From Octopus vulgaris (lineage: Eukaryota), in assembly GCA_951406725.2 (NCBI GenBank), contig OX597823.1, positions 90,458,001-90,522,000 on the forward strand: a stretch of 64,000 nucleotides of DNA, read 5' to 3'. Each line of letters begins with the position of its first letter. Position 1 is the first letter of the stretch. Under the pieces are notes generated by a model. That model saw only the letters and a list, made by a program, of their open reading frames with translations, ran no database searches and was not told the DNA's origin. Made by a program: the position numbers and the translations under genes. Positions 52,205 to 64,000 of the stretch are shown one piece after another.

Positions 52205-52760
52205 CACGGATGTACTATGGATGGATGAGGAGAGCTACGTGAAGAAGTGCCACTCTCAAACAGGAGACCCAGGAAGACATAGGATGATGTGGTGAAGCAT
52301 GAACTTCGAATGTTGGGCCTCACAGAGGCAATGACAAAAGACAGACTTCTGGAGGTATGCTGTGATTGAGAAGACTCAGCAAATAAAGTGAGTCCACAGC
52401 TGTAACCTACACCAGTGTCGCATAACCAGCCCACTCAAAAGTACCTTGGATCATAGGGTGACATGCTGTGCTTGAGGAGACCTATCAAGTCAAGTACCTC
52501 AACATCAATATCAAAAGCAAATCAGATGGAAATTGTAGTTGTGACCCCTGTGCCAGTAGCATGTAAAACACACCATCCAAACATGGCTGATGCCAGTGCC
52601 GTCTTGACTGGTTTGTGTGTCAGTGGCACGTAAAAAGCACCATCTGATCATGGTTGATGCCAGCCTCCTCTAGCCTGGTGCAGCCCCAGGCTTCCCAGAC
52701 CCCAGTCGAACCCTCCAACCCATGCCAGCATGGGAAATGGACGTTAAACAATGATGATGG
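52205..52760 (+). mobile_element. RTE LINE 3' end
   Basis: MDEESYVKKC..RPRKT.DDVVKHELRMLGLTEAMT plus UTR and (GAT)n. Confidence 0.8.
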
Positions 52761-52909
52761 TATATATATATATATATATATATATGTACATATGGAAAAG
52801 TAGTGCTGAGGGAATAAATAAATGTTTGAACACGCAGTAAGCTTTTCAATATAATTTTCCAGTACTAGGTGCACAATCAAACACACTATCGTGCAAGGTT
52901 ATAAAATCT

Positions 52910-52961
<52 letters not shown>

Positions 52962-53080
52962 GAATGTATGTATATATGTATATATATATATATTTATCAG
53001 AAGATTTTATTACCTATATATATATATATATATATTTATCAGAAGATTTTATTACCTATATATATATATATATATTATCA

Positions 53081-53131
<51 letters not shown>

Positions 53132-54194
53132 TACATACATATATACAATATATGGAGGACTTTTATGTGGCTAAGTCAAGTTAACATAATATCTGATTTC
53201 TTCATAAGTTCTCCCTCCTCAGATTGTCTTTGAGTGCTTGCTATTCTTCTTAATTTATTTATCAAGGGAGTGAGTACCATTAGAGGAATAAAGGAAATAA
53301 AGGGAAATTAGATGAAACATCTCAAAAAAGTTACACGAACTGGGAATTAGATGTGTAAATATTATTAAGGACTCCATTCAGAGAGCAGTCAGTGTATATG
53401 TGTGTGTGTTAAATAGAGAGACAAAATGTAAAGTAGAAAGCAAGGAAAAAAGACAGAGAGTAGAGGGGAGAGATCTAGAGTGTGTTTGTATTTGTTCCCC
53501 ACCACCATCACCACCACTTCACAACATGTGTTGGTTTGTCTATGTCCCCATAACTTAGTGGTTCAGTAAAAGAGACTGGTAGAATAAGTACCAGATGTTT
53601 TAAAAGAAAAAAAACAAACTACTAGACTCAATGTGTTCAACTAAAACCAATCATGGTATTGCCCCAGCATAGGCTGCAATCCAATGACTGGAACAAGTAA
53701 AAGATAAAAGATAGCTCTGAGCTAAAATATCTGGCACCATTTAATTCCATTCTTTTATTCAGTTGGAGTTCAAATCCTAGGGGGATTTGCTTTGCTTTCC
53801 CTCATTCCTTCACCTCTGGGTTAAGTGGAATTAAAATAAGTGCTGATAATGTATCAGGGTTGGTTTAATCGAACGTATGTAGAGCTTCTTTAAAATAACG
53901 AGTTTGTATGGGCCCCATGCCAACTGGGAATCAATAATATTTCTGAGGTCAAATATATTGATTTATGTATATAAAATGTATTGATTTCAAAATGAGATAA
54001 AAAGAAAAATATACAAATTCATAAAAATTAAGCAAAAAAAAAAAAAAATGAAGTAGAGAACAAGATTTTTGGTTTAAATTGTTGGAGAAAAGAAGTGTTG
54101 CACTTGAATGTTATGGGGTCATCTAAGCTGGAGGCCCTGTATTTTTGTTATTGGTTCCACTTGGCTGGCTGTGGTCAGCCTGGAGAACTACCGA

Positions 54195-54237
<43 letters not shown>

Positions 54238-54597
54238 AAGAAAGTTGGTTTGTGAAAGCACGTGGGTGAATATATAGAAAAAGTAAAGAGTGAAAAAACT
54301 ACAGAAGGCTTAAATGTTAAAAAATATATATATTTGCGTCAATATGTCTGAAGAATATTAGAAAATTAAATTTTTCTCTTATAATGACATAATTTAAAAG
54401 AAATAGAAAATTTAAAAATTTTTTTTTCTCTTATAATGACATAATTTAAAAGAAAGAGTGGTTTCGCGTGTAGCTTTTCAAATTTCTTGTGACGTTATGT
54501 TTATGTTGAATAGAGTTATCGTTATGTTTATGTTCAGGAGAGTTCTAAATAAGGGAAGGTAGCGAGTGATTTCTTCCGGTGTAAGGGAGATAATCGC

Positions 54598-55480
54598 TTA
54601 AAAATTTTTTCCTTTCCCTTGGTGTGAATTTCTCTGTATCAGTATGTTCGGATGGTTGAGTCTGGGCTTGTACTTTTCAATGAAGAATGTTTCCTTGTTT
54701 AGTCTAATTTGTGTTGATGATCCGAAAGCACATTGGTAAAATGGAAAGATTAAAAATTGTGGTAGTAGTTGCTTTGCGCATTTCTCAATGTGCTCACTAA
54801 AAGGTATCATTCTATATTCTGGGAATGCAATCTGTTGTTGATGCAGTGTGCATCTACGTCTGAGTGATAGTCCCGTGGAACCCACGTAGTCTTGGTGGTA
54901 GCCCGATCATTTTATGACATAAATTATGTTTTCAGAGGCACAAGTAAAGTTAGATTTGATCTTGAATTTCTGTCCCTCTTTAAAGAGGAATTCTGATCCT
55001 TCTAGCAGGTTAGGACATGTTGCACAGTTCGATCTACCACATTTTTTTACTTTTGCATCCGTAATTTCAGAAGACAATTTTGCCTTTGTGAGAATCTTTT
55101 TAAGTGATTTAGGCTGTTTGTAGCTTTTAATGATTTGGTGTATGTTTAGAATTTCCTTTAATTTGGGGTCTTTATGAAGTATTGGTAAATTCTGGGTGAT
55201 GATGGTGAAGGCTTCTTTGTTTCTGGGGTTGTATGTAGATATGTAAGGTAGTATTTTCGGGGAAGGTGTGTTGTTGTGTTGAACTTTTCTTAAAGTTTCT
55301 ATGTTGATTTCTGTTGCACGTCTGATCCCATCCTCTATGAGTTGAGCTGGGTAATGTCTGTCAATTAGGGTGTTTTTGAGTTCTTGCAGTCTAAAGTTCC
55401 TGGTATTTGTTCTGATACTATTGTGCATATCCTTCTTGCAAGGTTGAAGGGGATGTTTGTTTTAGTGTGTCTTGGGTGGC
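54598..55480 (-). pseudogene. Penelope ORF C-terminus: thumb/linker plus GIY-YIG endonuclease
   Basis: HPRHTK.NIP..LARRIC, YP, LPY, CGRSNCATC, FTCASENIIYVIK*..YVGST..LRRR..H..HI..RLNKETFFI..P.LN; one frameshift and one stop. Confidence 0.9.
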
Positions 55481-55721
55481 GTGCTTTCGGATCATCAACA
55501 CAAATTAGACTAAACAAGGAAACATTCTTCATTGAAAAGTACAAGCCCAGACTCAACCATCCGAACATACTGATACAGAGAAATTCACACCAAGGGAAAG
55601 GAAAAATTTTAAGCGATTATCTCCCTTACACCGGAAGAAATCACTCACTACCTTCCCTTATTTAGAACTCTCCTGAACATAAACATAACGATAACTCTAT
55701 TCAACATAAACATAACGTCAC

Positions 55722-55760
55722 AAGAAATTTGAAAAGCTACACACGAAACCGGTCTTTCTT
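55722..55760 (+). ncRNA. Variant hammerhead (U3-A8 core) in the Penelope terminal repeat; mirror copy at 54450-54488 (-)
   Basis: AAGAAA-T-TTGAAAA-GC tacac (G/A)C-GAAA-CCGG-TC-TTTCTT. Confidence 0.55.
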
Positions 55761-55883
55761 TTAAATTGTCATTATAAGAGAAAAAATTTTTTTTTAATTT
55801 TCTAATATTCTTCAGACATATTGACGCAAATATATATATTTTTTAACATTTAAGCCTTCTGTAGTTTTTTCACTCTTTACTTT

Positions 55884-55927
<44 letters not shown>

Positions 55928-55999
55928 TCTTTTACTTGTTTCCGTCATTTGACTGCGGCCATTTCTGGAGCACTGTCTCTAGTCGAGCAAATCAACCCC

Positions 56000-56766
56000 T
56001 GTGAGAAAAAGCAGCACCGTGATGCAAGTCACTCTGCCAGAAATTTGGAAACGACATACTTTAGTGTTTTGCTTTCATGCTGGAAGCTCCAATACAAACA
56101 TTATAGAGTGTTTGAATGTCAATCTGAACACAGTACATGTAATGGGAGTGTTAGAAATCAAACATCCAGTCAACATGAAGGTGTTTGGAGTGATCACTAG
56201 TGATGGTGATGTTATGTCTCCATTCATCTTCCCACATGGCCTCACACTCAACACAGAGACCTACATCAAGTACCTGGAGGAGGTAGTACTTCCCTAGGTC
56301 AAGAGGTTGGCTGTTGGAAGACCCTATATCTGGCAACAGGACTCTGCACCATGCCACACAAGCAGGAGAACCCAGTCATGGCTGTCAGACAATTTCTGAA
56401 ACCACATCACCCCTAACATCTGGTCACTTAACTCCCCAGACAGCAAACCCCTTGATTATTATGTGTGGGGCACAGTTGAGTGAGAGACCAACAAAACTCC
56501 TTGTAACACCAAAAATGAACTGAAGGTAAGGGTTATGGCAGCATTCACCAACTTGATCAAGGAGACCATCCAGAAGAATAGCAGGAGATTCTGAAGTTGT
56601 CTGAAGACCATGTTTGAAGCCAATGGCGATTTTATTGAATATATTTACTCTTTAGTATTTCAAGATATTTTTATGTAATTTTGTTAAATATATCTGTTAA
56701 AATGAGATGTTAGTGTTATTTTCAGTTTTGCATAATTTAGACAATAGTTTATTCAAAGCACCCTGT
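56000..56766 (+). pseudogene. Tc1/mariner DD37D (maT-type) transposase remnant with 3' terminus
   Basis: KHPVNMKVFGVITSDG..WQQDSAPCH..NSPDSKPLDYYVWG; 37 residues between second and third D; several stops; ends CACCCTG. Confidence 0.85.
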
Positions 56767-56799
56767 GTGTATATACATATACATATATATATATATATA

Positions 56800-56977
56800 C
56801 TGTTGTGTCTGGGGAGAGTCATTTTCTTTTTGTGCCTTATAATGTAACACTCACTTATTTCTTATTTCTTATTTTTATTTTCCTAAAAATAAAAATAAGA
56901 AATAAGTGGAAATTTTACCGGTGAGTGTGTTACATTATAAGGCACAAAAAGAAAATGACTCTCCCCAGACACAACAG
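56800..56977. repeat. Fold-back (inverted repeat) element
   Basis: CTGTTGTGTCTGGGGAGAGTCATTTTC.. mirrored at 56920-56977; inner CACTTATTTCTT/AAGAAATAAGTG hairpin. Confidence 0.85.
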
Positions 56978-57048
56978 AATATGCTTCAACACACAAACTC
57001 ATATAAAGAATCTTGCAAACCAAATCCCAAAACGAAATATATATATAT

Positions 57049-57249
57049 AGTTACTCCAAACATAAATAAAGAGAAAACAAAACAACGCAAGGACGTGGAC
57101 CAAGTATAGTGTTATTGGACGCTCATGAAAGGAAAGAAAGAAGGAGGATTTAACATTTCAAGCAGAGCTCTTCGTCAGAAACATAGAAAAAGGAAAGGTC
57201 CAAGGAAGGGAAGATGGAGAAAGAAAATTGCCAACGATACACACACGGT

Positions 57250-57250
<1 letters not shown>
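57049..57250 (-). mobile_element. Short element with hammerhead motif (57148-57182)
   Basis: GTTT-CTGACGA-A-GAGC tct GCTT-GAAA-TG-TT-AAAT. Confidence 0.65.
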
Positions 57251-57331
<81 letters not shown>

Positions 57332-57337
<6 letters not shown>

Positions 57338-57541
57338 GGGATACTGCAAAGTTTGTGACTTTGGGTAAAAGAAAATACAAGAGGATCAGTTAATTATGAT
57401 TTCATTCCAAATATTTCCCTGTCAGATTCACACAATTATTGCAGGGATCCTCCTTCAGTTCTAAGAGAAGTAGGAAGATTGGGCTTCTAACCAGGCCTTT
57501 CACAATACCCTTAAAGCCAGGAACCTTCTGGCACCCTCTCG
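57332..57541. mobile_element. mariner-type MITE
   Basis: TA-TGAGGGGATACTGCAAAGTTTGTGACTTT vs AAAGCCAGGAACCTTCTGGCACCCTCTCG imperfect TIRs. Confidence 0.7.
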
Positions 57542-59929
57542 GATGTGATGGGCTTCCATACAGTTTCCATCAATCAAATCAATTCATAAGGCATTGGTTG
57601 GCCCAGGGCTATAGTAGAAGACATTTATCCAAATTAGATACGTTGCTTAAATGAATTTCAAAACTAGCATGAAAAGTTGGAAGCATTACAGTTTGATCTC
57701 CTTCCATCACAGATCAGCAATAACAAAGTTGATCTGGGTTTTAAACAAAGAACAGCAATATCGTATGGAGATGGAGGTTTATAAGAAATTACAAAAAAAT
57801 TGGATACGCACATATACTAAAAAAAAAAGATCTTGAAGGGATGAGAAGAATAAAACCAAAGCAAATAAGACATGCAAGGATTTGACTAGGTTCTTTGTCA
57901 AGAATATGGTACAAATGAATCTAAAGCAGTGGGCTCTTTACCATTTTTTTTATCCCAAAAATAAAGGTAAAAAAGGTACACTCAACTGTAAACAGATAAA
58001 GTATATATGTATATATACACGTGTATATGTGTGTGTATATATATATGTATAATGGATAATAAAATGAATGGTTTACACCTGGTAGCTTACTGGTAAAGCA
58101 TAATCACTTTCACAGTGATCGTTATGTATCAATGCTAAATGTGTCGAAACAATTGTCTTGATTCATAATAAATTCTCATATATTCCATCTTCCGTCTTTC
58201 ATTTGCCACACACACACACACATACATACACACACACACATATATATCATGATTGACTGTTAAGAGACACAATATTTCGTTTTGTGACATTAATATACTA
58301 CCATGTATATTAAAGGTTTGTAAATCAATAGTGTGTTACAATGCTTTGTATACAAATACATCTATGTAAAGAATGTGATTGAAGAGAGAAAAATAAATAA
58401 TGTGTGTATATACATATTTCAAGAATTATTGCCCTTTCATCAGCACCACATCCAACCCATTAACCATCCACAAACGCATTGCTTTATTAGCCAGTAAATT
58501 TAGAATTATGACACTAAACTTTATTACGTGTTTTATTCACTTGTTACTAGTTTTAGAAGAAGAAAAACCCCAAATTAAATAGATCCCCATTGCAGGTTTT
58601 TTCTATAGCCTTCATAGCCAAGAGGTATACACCACAGTTCAGGAAAATACCACCTGAAGTTTCTGGGTTCAAACCCTACTAAAGGCAGCATTTCAAAAAC
58701 AGCAGGAGAACACCTAAGAATCATGACTTAGGTGAGCCCAGCACCCTTAGAGTGTCAAGAACCATCAAGCAATAATACTTAAATGGCAGAAATCATTCCC
58801 CCAAAGAGGTTTCTCTGTTGTTCACTCACTCTGTAGTGAGCTTCCATTTACAAATGCCTTGTTCTGAAGTAAACCAAGTCCACAACAAAGCAATCATCCC
58901 CACATTGGTGGAGCTTATACTCCACTTTCAGAGGCACAGAATTAAAGTGTTGGTAAGTATTTCTATCAAAGAATTTAATTGAGTTAAAAAAACAAAGTTG
59001 TCAACGTACCTTTTGGTGTAGACTATAAGTTGATATCAGATTGTAGTTTTATTAATCCTTTTTGCGTAAAAGTTTTTATTATTTGTCTGCAAATTTAAAT
59101 AATCCTTAGCTTTTTGTTATCTTTGTTTTTTTTGGTTTGATTGCAAATGATCTGTTAAGGAAAAGAAAAAGAAAAAAATGGAATAATGAGATATAAGTTA
59201 AATGAGATACGAAAAGCATGACATTAGATAAAATATATAAACATACGACAGAGAAAAGAGACAAAGATATTGGAAGATATGAAAATTCTGATATCTTTTA
59301 GGAAGAGAGATAGGAAAAAAAATCTGATTATGTTGGAGGACAAAAATGGTTTTGTTCTTTAAATGATATATGAAAAGATATGAAAAATATGATATCAATT
59401 ATTGTTGATATGACATATCTATGATATCGTCTGGAGAAAATTTGAAAGATATGATATTTTTAATAGTATGTAATGTAATGAATTTTAGTCTTGTCTAAAG
59501 TTTGAGAAAGTTTTAACTGGTCAAGGTAGCAGAGTGCAGACTTGTTGGCAGAATGGCCAGAGAGTTGGACACTACATTGTCGATTTATTTTTAGTTTTAT
59601 TTTGTCTTTTACTTGTGAAGCTGCATAGCCTAGTGGGTATAAAGTGCACTCATGATCTTACAGTCAGGGTTTCGATTCCTGGGTCAAGTAGTGCATTACT
59701 GAAACACTTCATTTCTCATTGCTCCAGTCCACTCAGCTGTAAATGGGATCCAGCAACAGGTGGGAAATTAACACTGCAATAGACTAGTATCAAGTTCAAG
59801 GAGAAGTGTTGGAACTTTGGTCACTGATGAGGGTGCATGACCTGGTAGTTAGAGTATTATAATCATGACTGAAAGATCATGGTTTCAATTCCCAGAACAG
59901 GCAATTCATTGTGTTCTTATGCAAAACAT

Positions 59930-60215
59930 CATCATCATCATCGTTTAACGTCCGCTTTCCATGCTAGCATGGGTTGGACGATTTTGACTGAGGGCTGGTG
60001 AACCAGATGGCTGCACCAGGCTCCAATCTTGATCTGGCAGAGTTTCTACAGCTGGATGCCATTCCTAACTCCAACCATTCCGAGAGTGTAGTGGGTGCCT
60101 TTTACGTGCCACCGGCATGGGGGCCAGTCAGGCGGTACTGGCAACGACCTCGCTCAAATCTTTTTACACATGCCACCAGCACAGGTGCCAGTAAGGCGAT
60201 GCTGGTAACGATCAC
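59930..60215 (-). mobile_element. RTE 3' UTR copy, young
   Basis: Reverse complement of 16068-16345. Confidence 0.8.
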
Positions 60216-60906
60216 GCTCATGATCCACATGGTTGTAAACATGTAAACCAAGTCCACTTGGTTGTAAACGTGTTCCAACAATAACGGTGATGTTAACTCT
60301 GCAATAAACTGACATCCTGTTCAGGGTTGGGGCTATTAAAGCTTCAGTCATTTATGAAGATGTGTAGCTGAATGGTCAGGGTGTGGAGATTCATGTTTGT
60401 AACATTGTAGGTTCCATTCCTAGACTGAGCAGTGCATTCATTTAGCTGTAAATGAGTTCAAGCAATGGGTGGGAAGTTAACCCTGTGATGGACCAGCGCC
60501 CCATCCAGGGGACACTGCTGTAATCTCAATCACTCATGTATCATGGAAACGGGTTAAGGATCAGACTTATGAGACTTATGCTCACGAAAGCCCTAGGTCC
60601 CTTTCTTTTAATCAAGAGAGAAGAGAGAACTTATGGCCCTTCACTAAGTCTCAAAGATTAGTGGGGAGAAGGGAGGACGTAAGACAAAAGATATCCTCAA
60701 ACCAGAGGTTTGATTGCTTGCAACAGAATGGATTTTGCCAGAATCACTCACAGCTCAAGGTGGTGGTATTAAAATGGTTAAATCTACCATACAAATAAGC
60801 TGTCATGGGATTTAAATTCAGAACACAAAGAGGCAAAACCAATACCACAAGGTACCCAGTCTGGTGCTTTTACAGTCCCATCATTCCACCACTCTGGATT
60901 GGTGTA

Positions 60907-61258
60907 TCTTTTACTTGTTTCAGTCATTAGGCTGTGGCCATGCTGGGGCACCGGCTCAAAGAACTTTTCAGTCAAATGAATCTACCCCAGTACATTTTAA
61001 GCCTGGTCCTTTTTGCTGAACTGCTAAGTTATGGGGACATAAACAAACCAACACCAGTTATCAAGTGGTAGTGAACGACAAACACATACACACACACAGA
61101 ATAAGCTTCTCTCAGTTTCCACCTACTAAATCCACTCACAAGGCTTTGGTCAGCCTTAGGCTATAGTAGAAGACACCCAAGGCATCACACAGTGGGACTG
61201 AACCTGGAACCATGTGGTTGTGAAGCAAGCTTCTTACCACACAGCCACACCTACACCT
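60907..61258 (-). mobile_element. Full family A SINE
   Basis: Matches the other copies. Confidence 0.8.
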
Positions 61259-61340
61259 ATATGTAGTTAATGTGTCATAATATGGATCCTTGTCCACTTG
61301 TATGTTGTCGGCACTGTAATTTTCTCATCACAAACTATTA

Positions 61341-61600
61341 TGTTGTGGCGGTATTCTGCATCTTATTATCTTTAACTCGTCTGCCATGCTATCATTGAAA
61401 GATTTACACGACAATGACTTTGTGACGTCTACCCTGACGATAACTTGAACTCGTATATATCACGTAACTGACACTGACTCCAACTCATACAATGACTCCA
61501 CTGCTACTGACCTCTAACAATGACTGACTGATTGACTTTATAGTGGCTGGTTCATATCACTTTGTCATGTGGGAAGGAGTGTATCATTTTCACTCCAACA
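61341..61600 (-). mobile_element. Possible solo LTR
   Basis: TGTTG...CAACA ends; TATAAA and CAGT-rich tract on the minus strand; no clear TSD. Confidence 0.4.
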
Positions 61601-61735
61601 TAACGTTTACCCCTTTCACTACCAACCAGTCCATGACTACCCTCTAGTTCTACGATACAATCTTCCTGTTTCAAAGTGATCTAAATTAATTTCTTCCATT
61701 AAAATTTCACATTAATTTATGTTACAAACACCAGA

Positions 61736-61958
61736 TTAACTATTTAGCATTTAGATTACTCTGTCAAATGCGATGCATATTTATTCATGTTGTTTTGAAT
61801 TAACCATGCATTATTTTGTGACTTTGAGATTCCGATGCTCTGATTATTTTTTAGAATGACATTATATAAACTATGTGTGAGAGGCTGGATCTGGCCTATT
61901 TGAATATAAAACAGGGTATTTGGGTTGGATATGGTCTGTGTAAATGTTAAAGGGTTAA
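61736..61958. mobile_element. piggyBac-like MITE
   Basis: TTAA-CTATTTAGCATTT ... AAATGTTAAAGGG-TTAA. Confidence 0.55.
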
Positions 61959-62554
61959 TTATTATAGCAAATAAATCTTTCATAATGTTCAAAATTAATT
62001 GAAAGGAAAACAATGCAAAGACAGACATAGAAACACATACACACGTTTACACACTCACACACACACTCACAAACTCTCACATATACATCACAAACACACA
62101 TGTACTGTCACGGATATGCAGACACACATTAACACATAGACATACAAATCCACACACCCAATACACATACACAGTTGTACGTCTGGCAGGACCTATCAGT
62201 TACGAAGTAAACTCGTTAGCCATTTGGTTGTGTGGTGCCTCCTGGTTATTATCTCAAGACCCAACCTTAAAACATAACCCCAGGATTCCTGTGGTGACAT
62301 TAGTTACCAAAACACAATATTCCTGCATCTGTATTTGGTTTAAACTGTTGACTGAGACGTTCCCATTTCAAGGAATTTGAGTCCTTAATGAACAAAACAC
62401 CATGTGTTAATGAAACACAGTGTAGGGAATATTATTACAATCAGGTTTTGTATTCAAATGACACAGCATCATACATATAAATAGTGAGGCTTATTTAGAA
62501 TAGAGAGAGAGAGAGATGTTCACAATATGTTGGCTGGTGATATATATATGTGTA

Positions 62555-63170
62555 GGGGTAGACATGGATGTGTGGTTGAGAAGTTTGCTTCCCAACAACA
62601 TAGTTTCAAGTTCAGTTCCACTCCATGGCACCTTGGGCAAATGTCTTCTATTATAGCCCAAGGCTGACCAAAGCTTTGTTAGTGGATCTGGTAGATCGAA
62701 ATTGTGTGGAAGCTTCTTGTATATGTATGTATGTATGTGTATATATATATGTATATATATATAGCTGAAGAATCAAAATTAATTTTAATCCTCCAGCTAT
62801 TTAATGCTGTTGTGGTGGGGGCTGCAATTACCTATATTAGTGATTCTGTTATTATCATTTTTAAACTGTTACACTAGATAATAATAGTGTCAATAATATC
62901 TTTGCAAATATTTTCTCCTGAATTATTTGCTCCATATTGAAATATATATATATATATATGGGTGTATGTGTGCTTGTGTTTTCGCTTGTCATTGTCACTC
63001 TCACTTGACAACCAGTGTTGGTTTGTTTGCATGTAACTAAGCACTTTAGCAAAAGAGACCAATAAATTCAGTACCAAACATAAAAGATAAGTAGTGGGGT
63101 TGATTTACTTGACTAAGGCCTTTCAAGGTGGTGCTCCAGTATGGTCACAATTCAGTTATTGAAACAATTA
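62555..63170 (+). mobile_element. Decayed family A SINE with expanded interior
   Basis: Head 62555-62720, tail 62960-63170. Confidence 0.7.
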
Positions 63171-63439
63171 AAAAGCATCCACTGTTTCCTTCATCAAACA
63201 TTTGACATCCATTTTCCCATGTTGGCATAAGTCAGATGATTTGATAGGATCCAATGGGCCCAAGGACAGCATCATACACCAACATCTACTTTGCCATGGT
63301 TTCTAGGGCTGAATGTCCTTCCAAATGCTGACCACTTTACAGCATGTATTGGGTGCATTTTCATGCCATCAACACTTGTCAGGCCACCATCCACTTTGCA
63401 CAACTATGAAACCCAAGAGAAGCAGATTTATGTTAGATG

Positions 63440-63880
63440 ATGAATGCCAATCTCTAACTGCAGAGGGACCCTGTGACAGAGGTAGACCCAGGAAGACATG
63501 GGATGAGGTGGTGAAGCATGATCTTTGGATGTTGGGCCTCATGGTGACCAATACCTTTGGCGATTTGCTGTGATTGAGGACTCATCAAGTCAAGTGAAGT
63601 CATAGTTATGGCTGATTCTGGTGTCACTACCTGGCATCCATGCAGGTGGCACATAAAAGAACCCATGCCAGTGGCACATAGAAGCACCAATACCAGTGGC
63701 ACATAAAAAGCACCCATTACACACTTGAAGTGGTTGGTATCAGGAAGGGCATCCAGCTGTAGAAACTAAGCCAAAACAGACTATGGAACAGACATGGTGT
63801 GGCTCTCCAGCCTTGCCAGCTCCTGTCAAACCATCCAACCCATGCCAGCAAGGAAAGCAGACGTTAAATGATGATGATGA
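63440..63880 (+). mobile_element. RTE LINE 3' end
   Basis: EGPCDRGRPRKTWDEVVKHDLWMLGL plus UTR and (GAT)n. Confidence 0.8.
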
Positions 63881-64000
63881 GATAAACTATGAGAGAAGGG
63901 TTCAGAGAAGAACAGGTTTCTTGCTAAGGCAGGGCTACACGAACCCTGAAATTTTAGAAGAGAGGGTGTGAAGGCATGTGGCTAAAAGGTTAAAGCTTTT

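Larger units (their letters stand above)
54271..55892 (-). mobile_element. Penelope-like retroelement, 5'-truncated, with inverted terminal duplication
   Basis: Arms 54271-54731 and 55481-55892 are inverted copies; internal GIY-YIG ORF remnant; flanked by (TA)n. Confidence 0.9.

Noticed and set aside
52990-53060. Direct repeat TTTATCAGAAGATTTTATTACC x2
   Set aside because: Simple slippage or assembly duplication within (TA)n; not CRISPR-like
2-53233. Numerous 60-180 aa ORFs rich in YI/HT/CV/MY repeats
   Set aside because: They are translations of microsatellites and SINEs, with no protein-like complexity
58590-58960. Possible exon between TTGCAG and GTAAGT
   Set aside because: No open frame across it and a weak pyrimidine tract

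Overview
This is AT-rich, microsatellite-saturated eukaryotic intergenic or intronic DNA. The repeat landscape resembles coleoid cephalopod (Octopus-like) genomes, which is an inference from the SINE/LINE families recognised. I found no intact host gene. Almost all listed ORFs are translations of (TA)n/(CA)n/(TAA)n repeats, and only two weak candidate exons were seen. The window holds many tRNA-derived SINEs (CORE-like, Meta-domain, Nin-like); decayed CR1, RTE and Dong/R4 LINE pieces; hAT, DD37D Tc1/mariner, piggyBac-like and Helitron remnants; a Penelope-like (GIY-YIG) retroelement with an inverted terminal duplication; and one 100-N gap. The most striking unannotated signal is about a dozen type I hammerhead ribozyme (HHR) motifs, intact or decayed, from several unrelated short elements. 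Most have a palindromic, dimer-type helix III, and many sit in fold-back (inverted-repeat) structures, often within TA microsatellites. They include a perfect 132-bp palindrome carrying an HHR on both strands, a tRNA/Pol III-headed HHR element, a 363-bp retrozyme-like monomer, and a U3-A8 core variant in the Penelope terminal repeat. All motifs were read by eye; repeat boundaries are approximate and activity is untested.
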